Assembly: GCA_963733575.1 (NCBI GenBank)
Contig: CAVTDJ010000002.1
Location: 1,235,171 to 1,299,170, forward strand
DNA: 64,000 nt
Reading direction: 5' to 3'
From: an uncultured Alphaproteobacteria bacterium
Lineage (GTDB): Bacteria > Pseudomonadota > Alphaproteobacteria > Rhizobiales > Xanthobacteraceae
Both the position numbers and the translations under genes were made by a program. The notes under the pieces are model-generated. The model made no database searches. It was not told the origin of the DNA and worked only from the letters and a program-made list of their open reading frames with translations. Shown piece by piece: positions 1 through 11,886 of this stretch; position 1 is the first letter of the stretch, and each line of letters begins with the position of its first letter.

Positions 1-1660
<1,660 letters not shown>

Positions 1661-1856
1661 TGCGGCATCAAAACTCGCGAACCGGCTCTTTGGCTTTGCG
1701 GTGTCGGCGCGAAAATGTCAATGACCGCAGTCCACTAGCGCGCCGGCTATCGCGCCCGTTGAAGCGGTCAGTGCGTGGAAGCGATCGTTTGCGTCCGTCA
1801 CGTCTTCGTCACAACTATGCTCAAAAGGCGCCCTTCTCCATTGCCGAGGTCTTTCA

Positions 1857-3695
1857 ATGCGCGGGCCGCTAGTCATTATCGCGAGCATCGTAACAACCCT
1901 CACGGCGTCTTTTGCGCTCGCCCAAGCGCCGCCGCGGCCGCACAACGTGGTTCTCTTTGTGGCCGACGGCTTGCGTTCCCGGATGGTCGATGACTCCACC
2001 GCCCCCACCATGGCGGCGATCGCGCGCGAGGGTGTAAACCTGCGCAACAGCCATGCGCTGTTTCCGACCTTCACCACCGCGAACGCGTCCGCCATGGCGA
2101 CCGGCCACATGCTCGGCGACACGGGAGACTTCTCCAATACGATCTACGCCGGCTTCGAGGTTCCAGGGGCCGGTAAGACCCTCACGCCGTTTCTGGAAAG
2201 CGACTCGGTTCTGGCCGATGTCGACGAGCATTCTTCCGGGAATTATCTCGACGAGGCTACGATCCTCAAGCTTGCCCGCGACAAGGGCTACAGCACGGCG
2301 GCGATCGGCAAGATCGGGCCTACCCTGATCTTCGATCACACGGAGCGAACCGGCGCGCAAACGATCATATTCGACGACGCAACCGGCAGCCCCAGAGGTA
2401 TTCCGCTATCGGCGGAAATTACTGAGCGGCTCAAAGCCGCGAACTTGCCGCTCGCTCCGCCGCCGCGCGGCGCGAACGGGTATTTCGGCAATCTGGCCAC
2501 GCCGGGCACGCTCACGCCGAACACCGTGCAGCAAGACTACTTTGCCGCCGTCACGACACGGGCGATCCTGCCGCTGTTCAAGGAGCGCAACAAACCATTC
2601 ATCCTCGTGTTCTGGTCGCGCGATCCCGATGGGACGCAGCATTATCAGGGCGACAGCTTGAATTCACTCGTTCCCGGCATCAATGGCCCGACCTCGCTCG
2701 CCGCGATCCGCAATGCCGACGACGATCTGGCGCGTATCCGCGCGGCGCTTCGCGAACTCGGACTGCTTGACACCACCGACATCATCACCGTCGCCGACCA
2801 CGGTTTCTCCACGATCTCGAAAGAGAGCAAAACGAGCTCAACGGTGAAAACCAAGTTCGTCGACACGCCGGAAGGCCGCTTGCCTCTCGGCTTCGTCGCG
2901 CTCGATCTCGCGCAGGCGCTGAACCTGCCGCTGATCGATCCGGACGACAACTACAAGCCGCTGGCAGAAGGCCAACACACCAAACACGGCAACGGTCTCG
3001 TCGGCGGCGACAAGAACAATCCGAAGATCGTGGTGGCGGCCAACGGCGGGTCGGACTTGATTTATCTGCCTGACGGCGACAAGGACATCGCCAAGCGGGT
3101 GATCGATGCGCTGTTGATGCAAGATTATGTCAGCGGCATTTTCGTCGATACGAAGCTCGGCAAATTTCCGGGCACGCTTACCCTCGACGACATCGCGCTC
3201 GAAGGCGCCGCGGTGACCCCGCACCCTGCGATTGTAATCAGCTTTCGTTCTTTCGACACGGTGTGCGGCGAGCCGGTGCGCTGCACCGTCGAAGTTGCCG
3301 ATACCGTTTTGCAGGAAGGCCAGGGCATGCACGGCTCTTTCAGCCGCGCCGACACCTGGAATTTCATGGCGATGCAGGGCCCGGACTTCAAATCGAATTT
3401 CGTCGATCCGGCGCCCGCCAGCAATGCCGACGTCGGACGCACGATCGCGGCATTGATGCAGCTTGACGTGCGCGACACGGGCAAGCTTGTCGGCCGGGTG
3501 CTTTCCGAGACGTTACCGAATGGCGCGGTGCCCGCGGCCACCGGACGGGTTGTGATGTCGGACCCCGCCCCCAACGGGCTCGCGACCGTCATCAACGTGC
3601 AGATGATAGGGGCCACGCCCTACTTCGACGCTGCGGGATTTCCCGGACGGACCGTCGGCTTGTCCGCTACAGCACTCGCAAACCCGCCGCCCTGA
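1857..3695 (+). CDS. Secreted alkaline-phosphatase-superfamily protein (nucleotide pyrophosphatase/phosphodiesterase-like)
   Basis: 612-aa ORF. It has a signal-peptide-like N-terminus (IIASIVTTLTASFALAQA). The blocks VVLFVADGLR and FPTFTTANASAMATGH resemble the metal/nucleophile blocks of this superfamily. Confidence 0.65.
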   Translation: MRGPLVIIASIVTTLTASFALAQAPPRPHNVVLFVADGLRSRMVDDSTAPTMAAIAREGVNLRNSHALFPTFTTANASAMATGHMLGDTGDFSNTIYAGFEVPGAGKTLTPFLESDSVLADVDEHSSGNYLDEATILKLARDKGYSTAAIGKIGPTLIFDHTERTGAQTIIFDDATGSPRGIPLSAEITERLKAANLPLAPPPRGANGYFGNLATPGTLTPNTVQQDYFAAVTTRAILPLFKERNKPFILVFWSRDPDGTQHYQGDSLNSLVPGINGPTSLAAIRNADDDLARIRAALRELGLLDTTDIITVADHGFSTISKESKTSSTVKTKFVDTPEGRLPLGFVALDLAQALNLPLIDPDDNYKPLAEGQHTKHGNGLVGGDKNNPKIVVAANGGSDLIYLPDGDKDIAKRVIDALLMQDYVSGIFVDTKLGKFPGTLTLDDIALEGAAVTPHPAIVISFRSFDTVCGEPVRCTVEVADTVLQEGQGMHGSFSRADTWNFMAMQGPDFKSNFVDPAPASNADVGRTIAALMQLDVRDTGKLVGRVLSETLPNGAVPAATGRVVMSDPAPNGLATVINVQMIGATPYFDAAGFPGRTVGLSATALANPPP

Positions 3696-3705
3696 GCGGC
3701 TGCGA

Positions 3706-3894
3706 TCACATCAAGGCGTAGCCGCGGCCGACGCGCCGTCCTTCGGCGGCGATCCAGTCCAGGATGGCGACGTCCACCGCCTCGAAGCCGGCCGGGAATC
3801 GCGCCGCCGGACGCGCCACCACGATCGGCGAATCTGCAATCGCCTCAACGAGCGCTTCGACAGTGAGACAATCCTGATCCATCGAGAACTTCAT
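3706..3894 (-). CDS. Hypothetical small protein (62 aa)
   Basis: ORF only; codon third positions are mostly G/C and no family was recognised. Confidence 0.3.
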   Translation of the reverse strand: MKFSMDQDCLTVEALVEAIADSPIVVARPAARFPAGFEAVDVAILDWIAAEGRRVGRGYALM

Positions 3895-4289
3895 CGTCGC
3901 CTCTGGCTCGCTGTGCTAACTTCCGCCGACCCGCGCAGTTCCATCACAGTGCGCTCCGTGGGGCCTTGAGATTCGAAGCCTGGCGCCAAGTGTGAAATGC
4001 GAGGCAGGCCGCCGAAAGGCAACCATGGGGCAAAGTCGGGGCACAGGCTGTGATATTGGTCACGCTTGGCCGGGAGCGTTGGACGGTAAGCCAACCGGCA
4101 AAGGCGCCGCTTAAAGTCTCAGAAAATTCTTCCACTTACGCGCGTGAGCGAACCTCAATCCTTCTCAGGCTCCCGCTAATTTCGGACGGATTATGCTCGG
4201 TGCAAGGCCTAGAATTGCCGTCGTTTGAAAGCTATGTAAAGAAACACATTCCCGGACAATTCAAATCAGCCCAAGCGACGGAGGTTTCC

Positions 4290-4952
4290 ATGGCGCTCCA
4301 AATTGGCGATACCGCCCCGGATTTCGAAGCCGAAACGACCGAAGGCAAAATCCGCTTTCACGAGTGGATCGGCAACAGTTGGGTCGTGCTGTTTTCCCAT
4401 CCCAAGGATTTCACGCCGATTTGCACGACCGAACTTGGCACCATGGCGCGTCTGAAGCCCGAGTTCGACAAGCGCGGCGTCAAAATCATAGGGCTCTCTG
4501 TCGATCCGGTCGACAACCACAAGAAGTGGTCGCAGGACATCAAGGACGTCGTCGGCTTTGCCCCTAACTATCCGATGATCGGCGATACCGATCTCAATGT
4601 CTCCAAGCTCTACGGCATGCTGCCGGCGAGCGTCAGTGGCACCTCGGACGGCCGCACGCCGGCCGACAATCAAACGGTGCGCAACGTGTTCGTCATCGGA
4701 CCTGACAAGAAGGTCAAGCTTGTCCTCGTCTACCCAATGACCACAGGTCGCAATTTCGACGAGGTGCTGCGCGTGGTCAACTCCTTGCAGCTCACCGCGA
4801 AGCACCGTGTGTCCACGCCGGCCAACTGGAAGCAGGGCGAGGATGTGATCCTCGGCGCCGCCATCAGCGACGAGGAAGCCAAGAAGCTCTACCCGCAGGG
4901 CTGGAAGACGCCGAAGCCATACATCCGCATTGTGCCGCAGCCGCGGTCGTAA
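4290..4952 (+). CDS. 1-Cys peroxiredoxin (Prx6-type)
   Basis: MALQIGDTAPDFEAETTEGKIRFHEWIGNSWVVLFSHPKDFTPICTTELG contains the peroxidatic Cys motif. A GGAGG lies 7 nt upstream of ATG 4290. The ORF-track start at 4050 adds an implausible 80-aa leader. Confidence 0.9.
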   Translation: MALQIGDTAPDFEAETTEGKIRFHEWIGNSWVVLFSHPKDFTPICTTELGTMARLKPEFDKRGVKIIGLSVDPVDNHKKWSQDIKDVVGFAPNYPMIGDTDLNVSKLYGMLPASVSGTSDGRTPADNQTVRNVFVIGPDKKVKLVLVYPMTTGRNFDEVLRVVNSLQLTAKHRVSTPANWKQGEDVILGAAISDEEAKKLYPQGWKTPKPYIRIVPQPRS

Positions 4953-4974
4953 GGTTCACCATCGTTCGACGATG

Positions 4975-5004
4975 AGAGCGCGGCTTCGGCCGCGCTCTGC
5001 TTTT
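4975..5004 (+). terminator. Rho-independent terminator after the peroxiredoxin gene
   Basis: Perfect 10-bp stem AGAGCGCGGC / GCCGCGCTCT with a TTCG loop, followed by GCTTTT, starting 23 nt after the stop codon. Confidence 0.65.
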
Positions 5005-5029
5005 GAGCCGCAGCCGAGGTGAAGCGACT

Positions 5030-6052
5030 TTATGGCACCAGAAGGACTTTACCGATATTCTGGCGATCCTGAATAAAGTGGTGGGCTTGCGCAGCTTCGT
5101 CGAAGCGGAAGCTGCGCGCGATCTGGGGCTTGACGACGCCTTGGATCCATAAATCCAGCAATCGATCACCCCATTCGCGCATTCGATCGACCTCGCCCCG
5201 CATATGGCCGAGGTTGACGCCAAAGACGCCCTTATTCGCATTCATGAGCGAGAGAGGATTGAATTGAAGCCACGGCGTGCGCGCGAGCATCGCCAGCATT
5301 CCAAGGATATTGCGTTCTTTACCGCTCGCTGCCGCCGAAATGCCGAACATGGCCAGCCTTCCTGTCGGAGCGAGCAGGCGATATCCCTTCTTGAAAAACT
5401 CGCCGCCGACTGCATCGAGAATGAGTTCGACTCCGCGACCGTTGGTAATCTCGCGAGTCCGCACCTCAAAATCCTCCTTTCGGTAGTCGATGAGATGGTC
5501 GACGCCGAGCGCGCGCAATTCGGCGTGCTTGGAAGCGGACGCGGTCCCGATGACGCGTGCGCCGACATGTTTTGCGATCTGCGTTGCCGCGATGCCGACG
5601 CCGCCTCCCGCCGAATGGACAAGAACGGTCTCATTCCGTTTCAAGCCGCCCATGACCACGATCAGTTGCCAAGCCGTAAAATAATTGACGAGAATAGCCG
5701 CCGCTTCCGGGGCGGACATGCCAGGGGGACGTTTGAAGACTTGCTCTGCCGGGACGCAGACCGTGTCCGAATAGCCGCCAAATCGCGTCAACGCGACGAC
5801 GTCTCGTCCGCTCCAACTCCCGTCGACGCCCGGGCCTATGGCGTCGATACGGCCGCTAACCTCGTAACCGGGCACGACCGGGATCGGAGGAAGGTCCGGA
5901 TACATACCCATGCGGCCGAGAATATCGGCGAAGCTAATCCCACTCGCCTCCACGCGAATGCGAACCTCGCCGCTCTTGGGTTCGGGATCGGGGGCCTCCT
6001 TGACTTGGAGAACTTCAGGCGCCCCGGCCCGCGTGATCCAGATCTGCCGCAT
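5030..6052 (-). CDS. Zinc-type alcohol dehydrogenase/quinone oxidoreductase family (MDR superfamily)
   Basis: 340 aa. [19 protein letters not shown] and the nucleotide-binding stretch [19 protein letters not shown] are typical of MDR quinone oxidoreductases. Confidence 0.8.
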   Translation of the reverse strand: MRQIWITRAGAPEVLQVKEAPDPEPKSGEVRIRVEASGISFADILGRMGMYPDLPPIPVVPGYEVSGRIDAIGPGVDGSWSGRDVVALTRFGGYSDTVCVPAEQVFKRPPGMSAPEAAAILVNYFTAWQLIVVMGGLKRNETVLVHSAGGGVGIAATQIAKHVGARVIGTASASKHAELRALGVDHLIDYRKEDFEVRTREITNGRGVELILDAVGGEFFKKGYRLLAPTGRLAMFGISAAASGKERNILGMLAMLARTPWLQFNPLSLMNANKGVFGVNLGHMRGEVDRMREWGDRLLDLWIQGVVKPQIARSFRFDEAAQAHHFIQDRQNIGKVLLVP

Positions 6053-6217
6053 GACCGCTCCCTCCGGTTTCGCGCCGAAACGCGCTCAATCTCCAGGTCC
6101 AGTCGTCGCAATCATACACGGGAGCGGCTTCGGCCGCGCTCTTGCTTTTGGTGTCGGCGCATGCAGACGATGGCGCGTCATCGCTGCTCGACAAGACAAT
6201 CCGACACGAGGAACACC

Positions 6218-7345
6218 ATGGAAGTGCGCGCGGCCGTGGCATTCGCCCCCGGCAAACCACTCGAAGTAACTAACGTGAAGCTCGACGGCCCGCGCGCGGG
6301 CGAGGTTCTCGTCGAGATCAAGGCGACGGGCATCTGCCATACCGACGCGTTCACTTTGTCGGGCGCGGACCCGGAAGGATTGTTTCCGGCGATCCTCGGC
6401 CACGAGGGCGCCGGCATCGTCGTCGATGTCGGCCCCGGAGTGACGTCGGTCAAAAAAGGTAATCACGTCATTCCGCTCTACACGCCGGAATGCCGCTCGT
6501 GCCCCTCCTGCTTGTCGCGCAAGACCAATCTCTGCACCGCCATCCGCGCCACCCAGGGCCAGGGTGTCATGCCCGACGGCTCCTCGCGCTTCTCGGTCGG
6601 AGGCGGAAAAATCCATCACTATATGGGCTGCTCGACGTTCAGCAATTTCACCGTGCTGCCGGAAATCGCGGTGGCGAAAATCCGCGAGGACGCGCCGTTC
6701 GACAAGGTCTGCTACATCGGCTGCGGCGTCACCACGGGCGTCGGCGCGGTGATCAACACTGCGAAAGTCGAGCCCGGCGCTAAGTGCATCGTCTTCGGCC
6801 TCGGCGGCATCGGGCTCAACGTCATCCAGGGCCTGCGTCTCGTCGGCGCCGACATGATCATCGGCGTCGATCTCAATCCGGACAAGAAGGCTTGGGGCGA
6901 ACGCTTCGGGATGACGCATTTCGTGAATCCGAAGGAAGTCGGCGGCGATCTCGTCGCCCATCTCGTCAATATGACCAAGAGTAGCGCCGACCAGATCGGC
7001 GGCGCCGACTATACTTTCGAATGCGTCGGCAACATCAATCTCATGCGCGCGGCGTTGGAGAGCTGCCATCGCGGCTGGGGCCAAAGCATCATCATCGGCG
7101 TCGCCGGCTCCGGCCAGGAGATTGCGACGCGGCCGTTTCAGCTTGTTACCGGCCGGGTGTGGCGCGGCAGCGCCTTTGGCGGCGCCCGCGGCCGCTCCGA
7201 CGTGCCGAAAATCGTCGACTGGTATATGCAGGGAAAGATCGAGATCGACCCGATGATCACCCACACGATGCCCCTTGCCGACATCAACAAAGCGTTCGAT
7301 CTGATGCACGCGGGCAAAAGCATCCGCAGTGTCGTGATCTACTAG
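6218..7345 (+). CDS. frmA: S-(hydroxymethyl)glutathione dehydrogenase / class III alcohol dehydrogenase
   Basis: Contains [17 protein letters not shown]...[33 protein letters not shown], the Cys cluster [15 protein letters not shown], and the Rossmann stretch [12 protein letters not shown]. The start is taken at ATG 6218; the 5204 start in the track overlaps the antisense of the previous gene. Confidence 0.9.
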   Translation: MEVRAAVAFAPGKPLEVTNVKLDGPRAGEVLVEIKATGICHTDAFTLSGADPEGLFPAILGHEGAGIVVDVGPGVTSVKKGNHVIPLYTPECRSCPSCLSRKTNLCTAIRATQGQGVMPDGSSRFSVGGGKIHHYMGCSTFSNFTVLPEIAVAKIREDAPFDKVCYIGCGVTTGVGAVINTAKVEPGAKCIVFGLGGIGLNVIQGLRLVGADMIIGVDLNPDKKAWGERFGMTHFVNPKEVGGDLVAHLVNMTKSSADQIGGADYTFECVGNINLMRAALESCHRGWGQSIIIGVAGSGQEIATRPFQLVTGRVWRGSAFGGARGRSDVPKIVDWYMQGKIEIDPMITHTMPLADINKAFDLMHAGKSIRSVVIY

Positions 7346-7365
7346 ATTCTGAGCGAGAAGCCGTC

Positions 7366-7761
7366 ATGAGCATCGATCTGAAAACGCCTTTCGCCGAATT
7401 TCTAGGCGTCAAGCTCACCCATATTTCACTCGAACGCGTCGAAGCTGAACTCGCCGTTCGTCACGAACTCGCAACCGTCCCCGACATTCTTCACGGCGGT
7501 GCCATCATGGCGCTCGCCGACAATCTGGGCGGTGTCGCGACGGCGGTGAACATGCCGAAAGGCGCACGTACGGCGACGATTGAGAGCAAGACCAACTTTT
7601 TCGCCGCCATCCCCGTCGGCGAAACGGCGCGCGCCGAGTGTACGGCGCTGCACCGCGGCCGTACCACGATGGTCTGGCAGACCAAGATCACGCGCAATGA
7701 CGGTAGGCTTTGTGCGCTGGTGATCCAGACGCAGATCGTCATTCCGGCCGAGAAGAGCTAA
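7366..7761 (+). CDS. PaaI-family (hotdog) thioesterase
   Basis: 131 aa with LHGGAIMALADNLGG and TMVWQTKITRNDGRLCAL; start taken at ATG 7366. Confidence 0.75.
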   Translation: MSIDLKTPFAEFLGVKLTHISLERVEAELAVRHELATVPDILHGGAIMALADNLGGVATAVNMPKGARTATIESKTNFFAAIPVGETARAECTALHRGRTTMVWQTKITRNDGRLCALVIQTQIVIPAEKS

Positions 7762-7769
7762 AGCTGTCG

Positions 7770-8234
7770 CTACTTACTGACCAGCTCCTCCGAGGCCGCG
7801 CCGAGCCGAAGTGCCAGGCGCGGATCGAACCGCTCGGCCAATGCCGCGTGCGCCTCCCGCCAGACCGGGATCGCCGCTTGCAGAAGACGAGCGCCCTCCT
7901 CCGTGAGCCACACCGCACGGCGGCGCTGATCCTCGTCGGCGATCGCGATTTCGACGAGGCCCGCTGCCTCCAGGCCGCGCAGGTTTCGCGACAGGGTCGA
8001 TTGATCGAGACCGGTTCGCTCCGCCAGCGCGCCGAGCGTGTCATCGGGCGCGGCGGCGATCTGCGCCATCAAGCCGAATTGCGTGATGCTCAGGCCGCTG
8101 CCGTGCATGCGTTCCTCGAGAAAATTCGTGATCCGGCGCGCCGCCATCCGGCTGGCCCAGGCGGCGCACGAGCCGACGGCCGCCTGTGCGTCGCTGACTA
8201 GAGTCTTTGCCGGGGCTTGCGGTCGTTTGGCCAT
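7770..8234 (-). CDS. MarR-family transcriptional regulator
   Basis: 154 aa with a winged-HTH pattern (LSITQFGLMAQIA...LGALAERTGLDQSTLSRNLRGLEAAGLVE). It is divergent from the next thioesterase gene. Confidence 0.85.
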   Translation of the reverse strand: MAKRPQAPAKTLVSDAQAAVGSCAAWASRMAARRITNFLEERMHGSGLSITQFGLMAQIAAAPDDTLGALAERTGLDQSTLSRNLRGLEAAGLVEIAIADEDQRRRAVWLTEEGARLLQAAIPVWREAHAALAERFDPRLALRLGAASEELVSK

Positions 8235-8279
8235 GGTTGTATGTATTTACATCATTTGTATCTACAAGGAAATCGAAAC

Positions 8280-8786
8280 ATGCTGGCGGCGCCCTCTTTT
8301 ATTTACGGCATGACGAACCCCGACGAGGTGGCCGGAATGACCGGCAGGGAAATGCTGCAGGCCATGATAGACCGCAAAATTCCCGCCCCACCGATCGCCC
8401 AGACGTTGAATTTCTGGATCGTCGAGATTGGAGATGGTTTCGCGGCATTCGAAGGCGAGACCAAACCGGATTTTCTTAACCCGCTCGGAATGGTGCACGG
8501 CGGGTGGGCACTGACGCTGATCGACACCGCCACAGGCTGTGCGGCGCACACGCTCGTGCCGGCCGGTGTGGGCTACACGACCGTCGAGACCAAAGCCAAT
8601 TTCACGCGCCCTATCAAACATGATACCGGCCGCGTGCGCGCCGAAGGGCGCGTCATCGGTCGCGGCCGCCAGATCATGTCCGCCGAAGCGCGCATCCTCA
8701 ATTCCACCGGTCGCGTGCTCGCGCATGGCACGTCGACCCTGATGGTGCTCGGCAGCAGCAAGAATGAGGGCCGCACCCAGTCCTAG
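8280..8786 (+). CDS. PaaI-family (hotdog) thioesterase
   Basis: Contains MVHGGWALTLIDTATGCA and GRQIMSAEARILNSTGRVLAHGTSTLMV. The start is uncertain: ATG 8280 or 8310. The 8217 start would overlap the marR start. Confidence 0.75.
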   Translation: MLAAPSFIYGMTNPDEVAGMTGREMLQAMIDRKIPAPPIAQTLNFWIVEIGDGFAAFEGETKPDFLNPLGMVHGGWALTLIDTATGCAAHTLVPAGVGYTTVETKANFTRPIKHDTGRVRAEGRVIGRGRQIMSAEARILNSTGRVLAHGTSTLMVLGSSKNEGRTQS

Positions 8787-8809
8787 CGAACGCAATAGGA
8801 TCAACTGCG

Positions 8810-9175
8810 ATGGTGCGTAGCTTTCGCGTCAAGCGTGTTTACGAGGCGCCTGAACCGGACGACGGCTTTCGCGTGTTGGTCGACCGGCTGTGGCCGCGCG
8901 GCATCGCCAAGGAAAAAGCGCGTGTTGATCTGTGGCTGAAAGACATTGCGCCGAGCGACGAGCTGCGCCGGCGCTTTCACGGCGATTCAACAAAATGGGA
9001 CGAGTTCGTTGCGGCCTACGCCCGGGAACTTGCACAAGAGCCGGCAAAAAGCGCCGCCGCCAGCTTGCACGAATGGCTCCGCACCCAGCCGGTCACGCTG
9101 CTCTACGCCGCGCGCGATGAGACCCACAACAATGCGATCGCGCTGAAAGCCTGGTTGGAGCGGCTCGATCGGTGA
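8810..9175 (+). CDS. DUF488 (YeaO-like) family protein
   Basis: 121 aa. FRVLVDRLWPRGIAKEKARVDLWLKDIAPSDELRRRFHGD matches the DUF488 pattern as I remember it. Confidence 0.75.
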   Translation: MVRSFRVKRVYEAPEPDDGFRVLVDRLWPRGIAKEKARVDLWLKDIAPSDELRRRFHGDSTKWDEFVAAYARELAQEPAKSAAASLHEWLRTQPVTLLYAARDETHNNAIALKAWLERLDR

Positions 9176-9203
9176 TGCTCGACGCGGATCGCGTCGCTCT
9201 CCG

Positions 9204-9710
9204 TCATAGAAGTTTATAAAATTTGAGCTTCACGCCGGCCGGCTCGCGTTCCGCGGTGCAGACGATGATGTGCTTGGTGATCCAGGCATAGCGCGCCGCG
9301 CTGGTTTCGAAAAAAGTAGTTCCGCGGAAATAGTAGCTTGCCGGATCGACTGACCGGCCGGCGGCGAGCGCCGCGATCACCTCCGGCGGGCCGTGGCGGA
9401 ATGCGAGATTGCGCACATAAATCAACGCGCCATCGTCGGTGCGAAGCGTGTAGCGCGCCTCCAGCTCGGCGACGCCATCGTACCGCAAGACCTGCCAGTC
9501 GGCGCCGCCGGGCACAACCTTGCCCCGGATCTGCGGCCCCGAAAAATCTCCACCGGTGATCGGAATGATGCGCCGCCCACCCTTGCCCACATCGCCGAGA
9601 TCGAGCGGCGGCTCAACGGTCACGTGGGCTGCGAAAATAAAGTCGAGCTTCGGAGAAGCTTCCAGGTCCTCCATGGCACCTCCGACGCGATTGCGCATTG
9701 CGGCAGACAT
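9204..9710 (-). CDS. DUF3237-like protein
   Basis: 168 aa. GGRRIIPITGGDFSGPQIRGKVVPGGADWQ...YVRNLAFRHG resembles DUF3237 beta-barrel proteins. The start is uncertain (an alternative ATG lies at 9674). Confidence 0.6.
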   Translation of the reverse strand: MSAAMRNRVGGAMEDLEASPKLDFIFAAHVTVEPPLDLGDVGKGGRRIIPITGGDFSGPQIRGKVVPGGADWQVLRYDGVAELEARYTLRTDDGALIYVRNLAFRHGPPEVIAALAAGRSVDPASYYFRGTTFFETSAARYAWITKHIIVCTAEREPAGVKLKFYKLL

Positions 9711-9767
9711 TTCCGATAATGGGCGGCGCGCGACATCGTCAAGACAAATGCTCGCCGGAGTTCACCT

Positions 9768-10814
9768 ATGTCAGCAAATACCGCCACCATCCCTTTATTT
9801 CCAACGACCATCGCCGGCAGTCTGCCGAAACCGGCTTGGCTTGCCGCGCCGAACCGGCTGTGGGCGCCGTGGCGTCTCGAAGGCGACGAGCTTGCGGAAG
9901 CCAAGGACGACGCCACGCTGCTCGCGCTCAAGCTGCAGGAGGACGCGGGCGTCGACATCGTCGGCGACGGCGAGCAGGCGCGCCAGCATTTCGTGCACGG
10001 CTTTCTCGAAGCGGTCGAGGGCATCGATTTCGACCGGCGCGTCGAGATGGGCATTCGCAACAATCGTTACAAGGCGAGGTGTCCGACCGTCGTCGGTCCG
10101 TTGCGGCTGAAGTCCCGCGTTCACGCGCGCGAGGCGCGGCTCGCCCGCGCGCACACTACACACAAACTCAAATTCACCCTGCCCGGCCCGATGACCATCG
10201 TCGACACCATCGCCGACGCTCATTACGGCGACCGCGTGAAGATGGCGATGGCGTTTGCGGCGCTGCTCAACGAAGAGGCACGCGGGCTTGCTGCCGATGG
10301 CGTCAACGTCATCCAGTTCGACGAGCCGGCCTTCAACGTCTACATGGACGAGGCCGCCGGCTGGGGCATCGACGCGCTCCACCGCGCCATCGACGGCGTC
10401 GCCGCAACCAGCGCCGTGCATATCTGCTACGGCTACGGCATTCCCGCCAACATCGAATGGAAAGCGACGCTCGGCACCGAGTGGCGGCAGTACGAGAAAT
10501 TCTTCCCGGCTTTGGCGAAAAGCCGCATCGACCAGGTCTCGCTCGAATGCATCAACTCGCACGTGCCGATGAGCGTGCTCAAGCTACTCGACGGCAAGGA
10601 TGTGCTCATCGGCGTGATCGATGTCGCCACCGACACGATCGAGACGCCCGACGAAGTCGCCGCCGTGATCGCGAAGGCGCTTGACTACGTTCCTAGGGAA
10701 AACATCGTTGCTTGCACCAATTGCGGCATGGCACCGATGCGCCGCGAGATCGCTACGAAAAAACTCGAAGCGCTCGCCCAAGGCGCGGCGCTGGCGCGGC
10801 AAAAATTCGGCTGA
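9768..10814 (+). CDS. Cobalamin-independent methionine synthase family protein (MetE C-terminal-domain-like, short form)
   Basis: 348 aa with IAGSLPKPAWL, VIQFDEPAF, HICYGY and a C-terminal TNCGMAP, which are the Zn and substrate blocks of the MetE catalytic domain. Confidence 0.8.
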   Translation: MSANTATIPLFPTTIAGSLPKPAWLAAPNRLWAPWRLEGDELAEAKDDATLLALKLQEDAGVDIVGDGEQARQHFVHGFLEAVEGIDFDRRVEMGIRNNRYKARCPTVVGPLRLKSRVHAREARLARAHTTHKLKFTLPGPMTIVDTIADAHYGDRVKMAMAFAALLNEEARGLAADGVNVIQFDEPAFNVYMDEAAGWGIDALHRAIDGVAATSAVHICYGYGIPANIEWKATLGTEWRQYEKFFPALAKSRIDQVSLECINSHVPMSVLKLLDGKDVLIGVIDVATDTIETPDEVAAVIAKALDYVPRENIVACTNCGMAPMRREIATKKLEALAQGAALARQKFG

Positions 10815-10946
10815 GCTACCGCCAACGTCGGTGACCCCGTCGATCCAGGTCAATGTTTCTCCTTCGCCTGCCCCTGACATAAAACTTAGTCGAGCTTCAG
10901 TACCCGACGCAGTTAAACTGTGGCATCAGGCGGAAAGGGAAGTGTT

Positions 10947-11216
10947 ATGACAGAAAATGTCGGGCGGATTGACCGCGTGCTCCGTGTAATCATCGGGCTC
11001 GCTCTTATTGCCTTTGCGATGGGATGGGGGCTTGCGGCCACCGGTTTTAACTGGATCGGATGGATCGGCGTCGTTCCGCTTTTCACGGGACTGTTTGGCT
11101 ACTGCTCGGCCTATGGTGTGAAGGGTGTTTCGACCTGCATACGCCACGCGCACCAAGAGGAATTCGATCGCGGCGGAAATCCCGAGAGGTTGCGGACGCG
11201 ATTCTGCAAGCGGTGA
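10947..11216 (+). CDS. DUF2892 (YgaP-like) small membrane protein
   Basis: MTENVGRIDRVLRVIIGLALIAF...GWIGVVPLFTGLFGYCSAYGV matches the DUF2892 pattern; start taken at ATG 10947. Confidence 0.6.
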   Translation: MTENVGRIDRVLRVIIGLALIAFAMGWGLAATGFNWIGWIGVVPLFTGLFGYCSAYGVKGVSTCIRHAHQEEFDRGGNPERLRTRFCKR

Positions 11217-11296
11217 GAACTGTTTCGCGTGTGCGGCGAATAATTCTCACGCATGCGGCGCCCATGCAGTATCAACCGCTGCGCGACATAATATCG

Positions 11297-11740
11297 CTAG
11301 TCGATTGCGTAAAGCTTCGGCGGTCCGTCGCCAAGAGCATAGATTTTGAAGGGCGCGCTCTTACTTCCGCCCATGCCCGGTGATCCTTCCGGCATGCCAG
11401 GCAAAGTAATTCCCGTGACGGCCGGCTTTTCTGCCAGTAGCCGCTTGATAACATCGATAGGAACGTGGCCCTCGACGAAGTAGCGATCCACCGTCGCCAA
11501 ATGACAGCTTTGGAACGCGTCTGGCACGCCGTATTGCCGATTCATGAGCGGCAAATCGCGGGTTTCGTTGACTGTCACCGCGAAGCCATTTCGGCGCAGG
11601 TAATCCGCATAAGCACCGCAGCAGCCGCAGAGCGCGTCCTTATAAAGCGTGAGCTTTATCGGATCCTCGGCGGCCAAGGCTGGCGTAATCGCGGCCGCGA
11701 TCAGGCCCAGTCCTAATTTCAGCGCGGTTCGGCGTTGCAT
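11297..11740 (-). CDS. DUF411 (CopG-like) periplasmic metal-binding protein
   Basis: Has a Tat/Sec-like leader (MQRRTALKLGLGLIAAAITPALA), then LTLYKDALCGCCGAYADYLRRNGF and HVPIDVIKRLL, typical of DUF411 proteins from copper-resistance loci. Confidence 0.8.
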   Translation of the reverse strand: MQRRTALKLGLGLIAAAITPALAAEDPIKLTLYKDALCGCCGAYADYLRRNGFAVTVNETRDLPLMNRQYGVPDAFQSCHLATVDRYFVEGHVPIDVIKRLLAEKPAVTGITLPGMPEGSPGMGGSKSAPFKIYALGDGPPKLYAID

Positions 11741-11886
11741 GATGAATCTCTTAAAGTCACCTGTGATCTTCGTTGGAACCAATGCGGCCGTGAGGCCGGC
11801 CGCCTGTGCGCTTTCCGATTCAACTATCACCGGCATAGCCGCGCATTTCCGCGCACGGAACTACGCCTCGATCACATCATGCCCAA

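Noticed and set aside
5204-6217. 338-codon N-terminal extension of the frmA ORF (the track lists 5204..7345).
   Set aside because: The extension is antisense to the MDR oxidoreductase gene and has a junk-like composition. Class III ADH similarity starts at MEVRAAVAF (ATG 6218).
6086-7309. 407-aa minus-strand ORF.
   Set aside because: It is antisense to frmA, has low-complexity Asp/Ala/Arg composition, and matches no family.
9711-9767. SAM or cobalamin riboswitch upstream of the MetE-like gene.
   Set aside because: The intergenic region is only 57 nt, which is too short for either riboswitch class.
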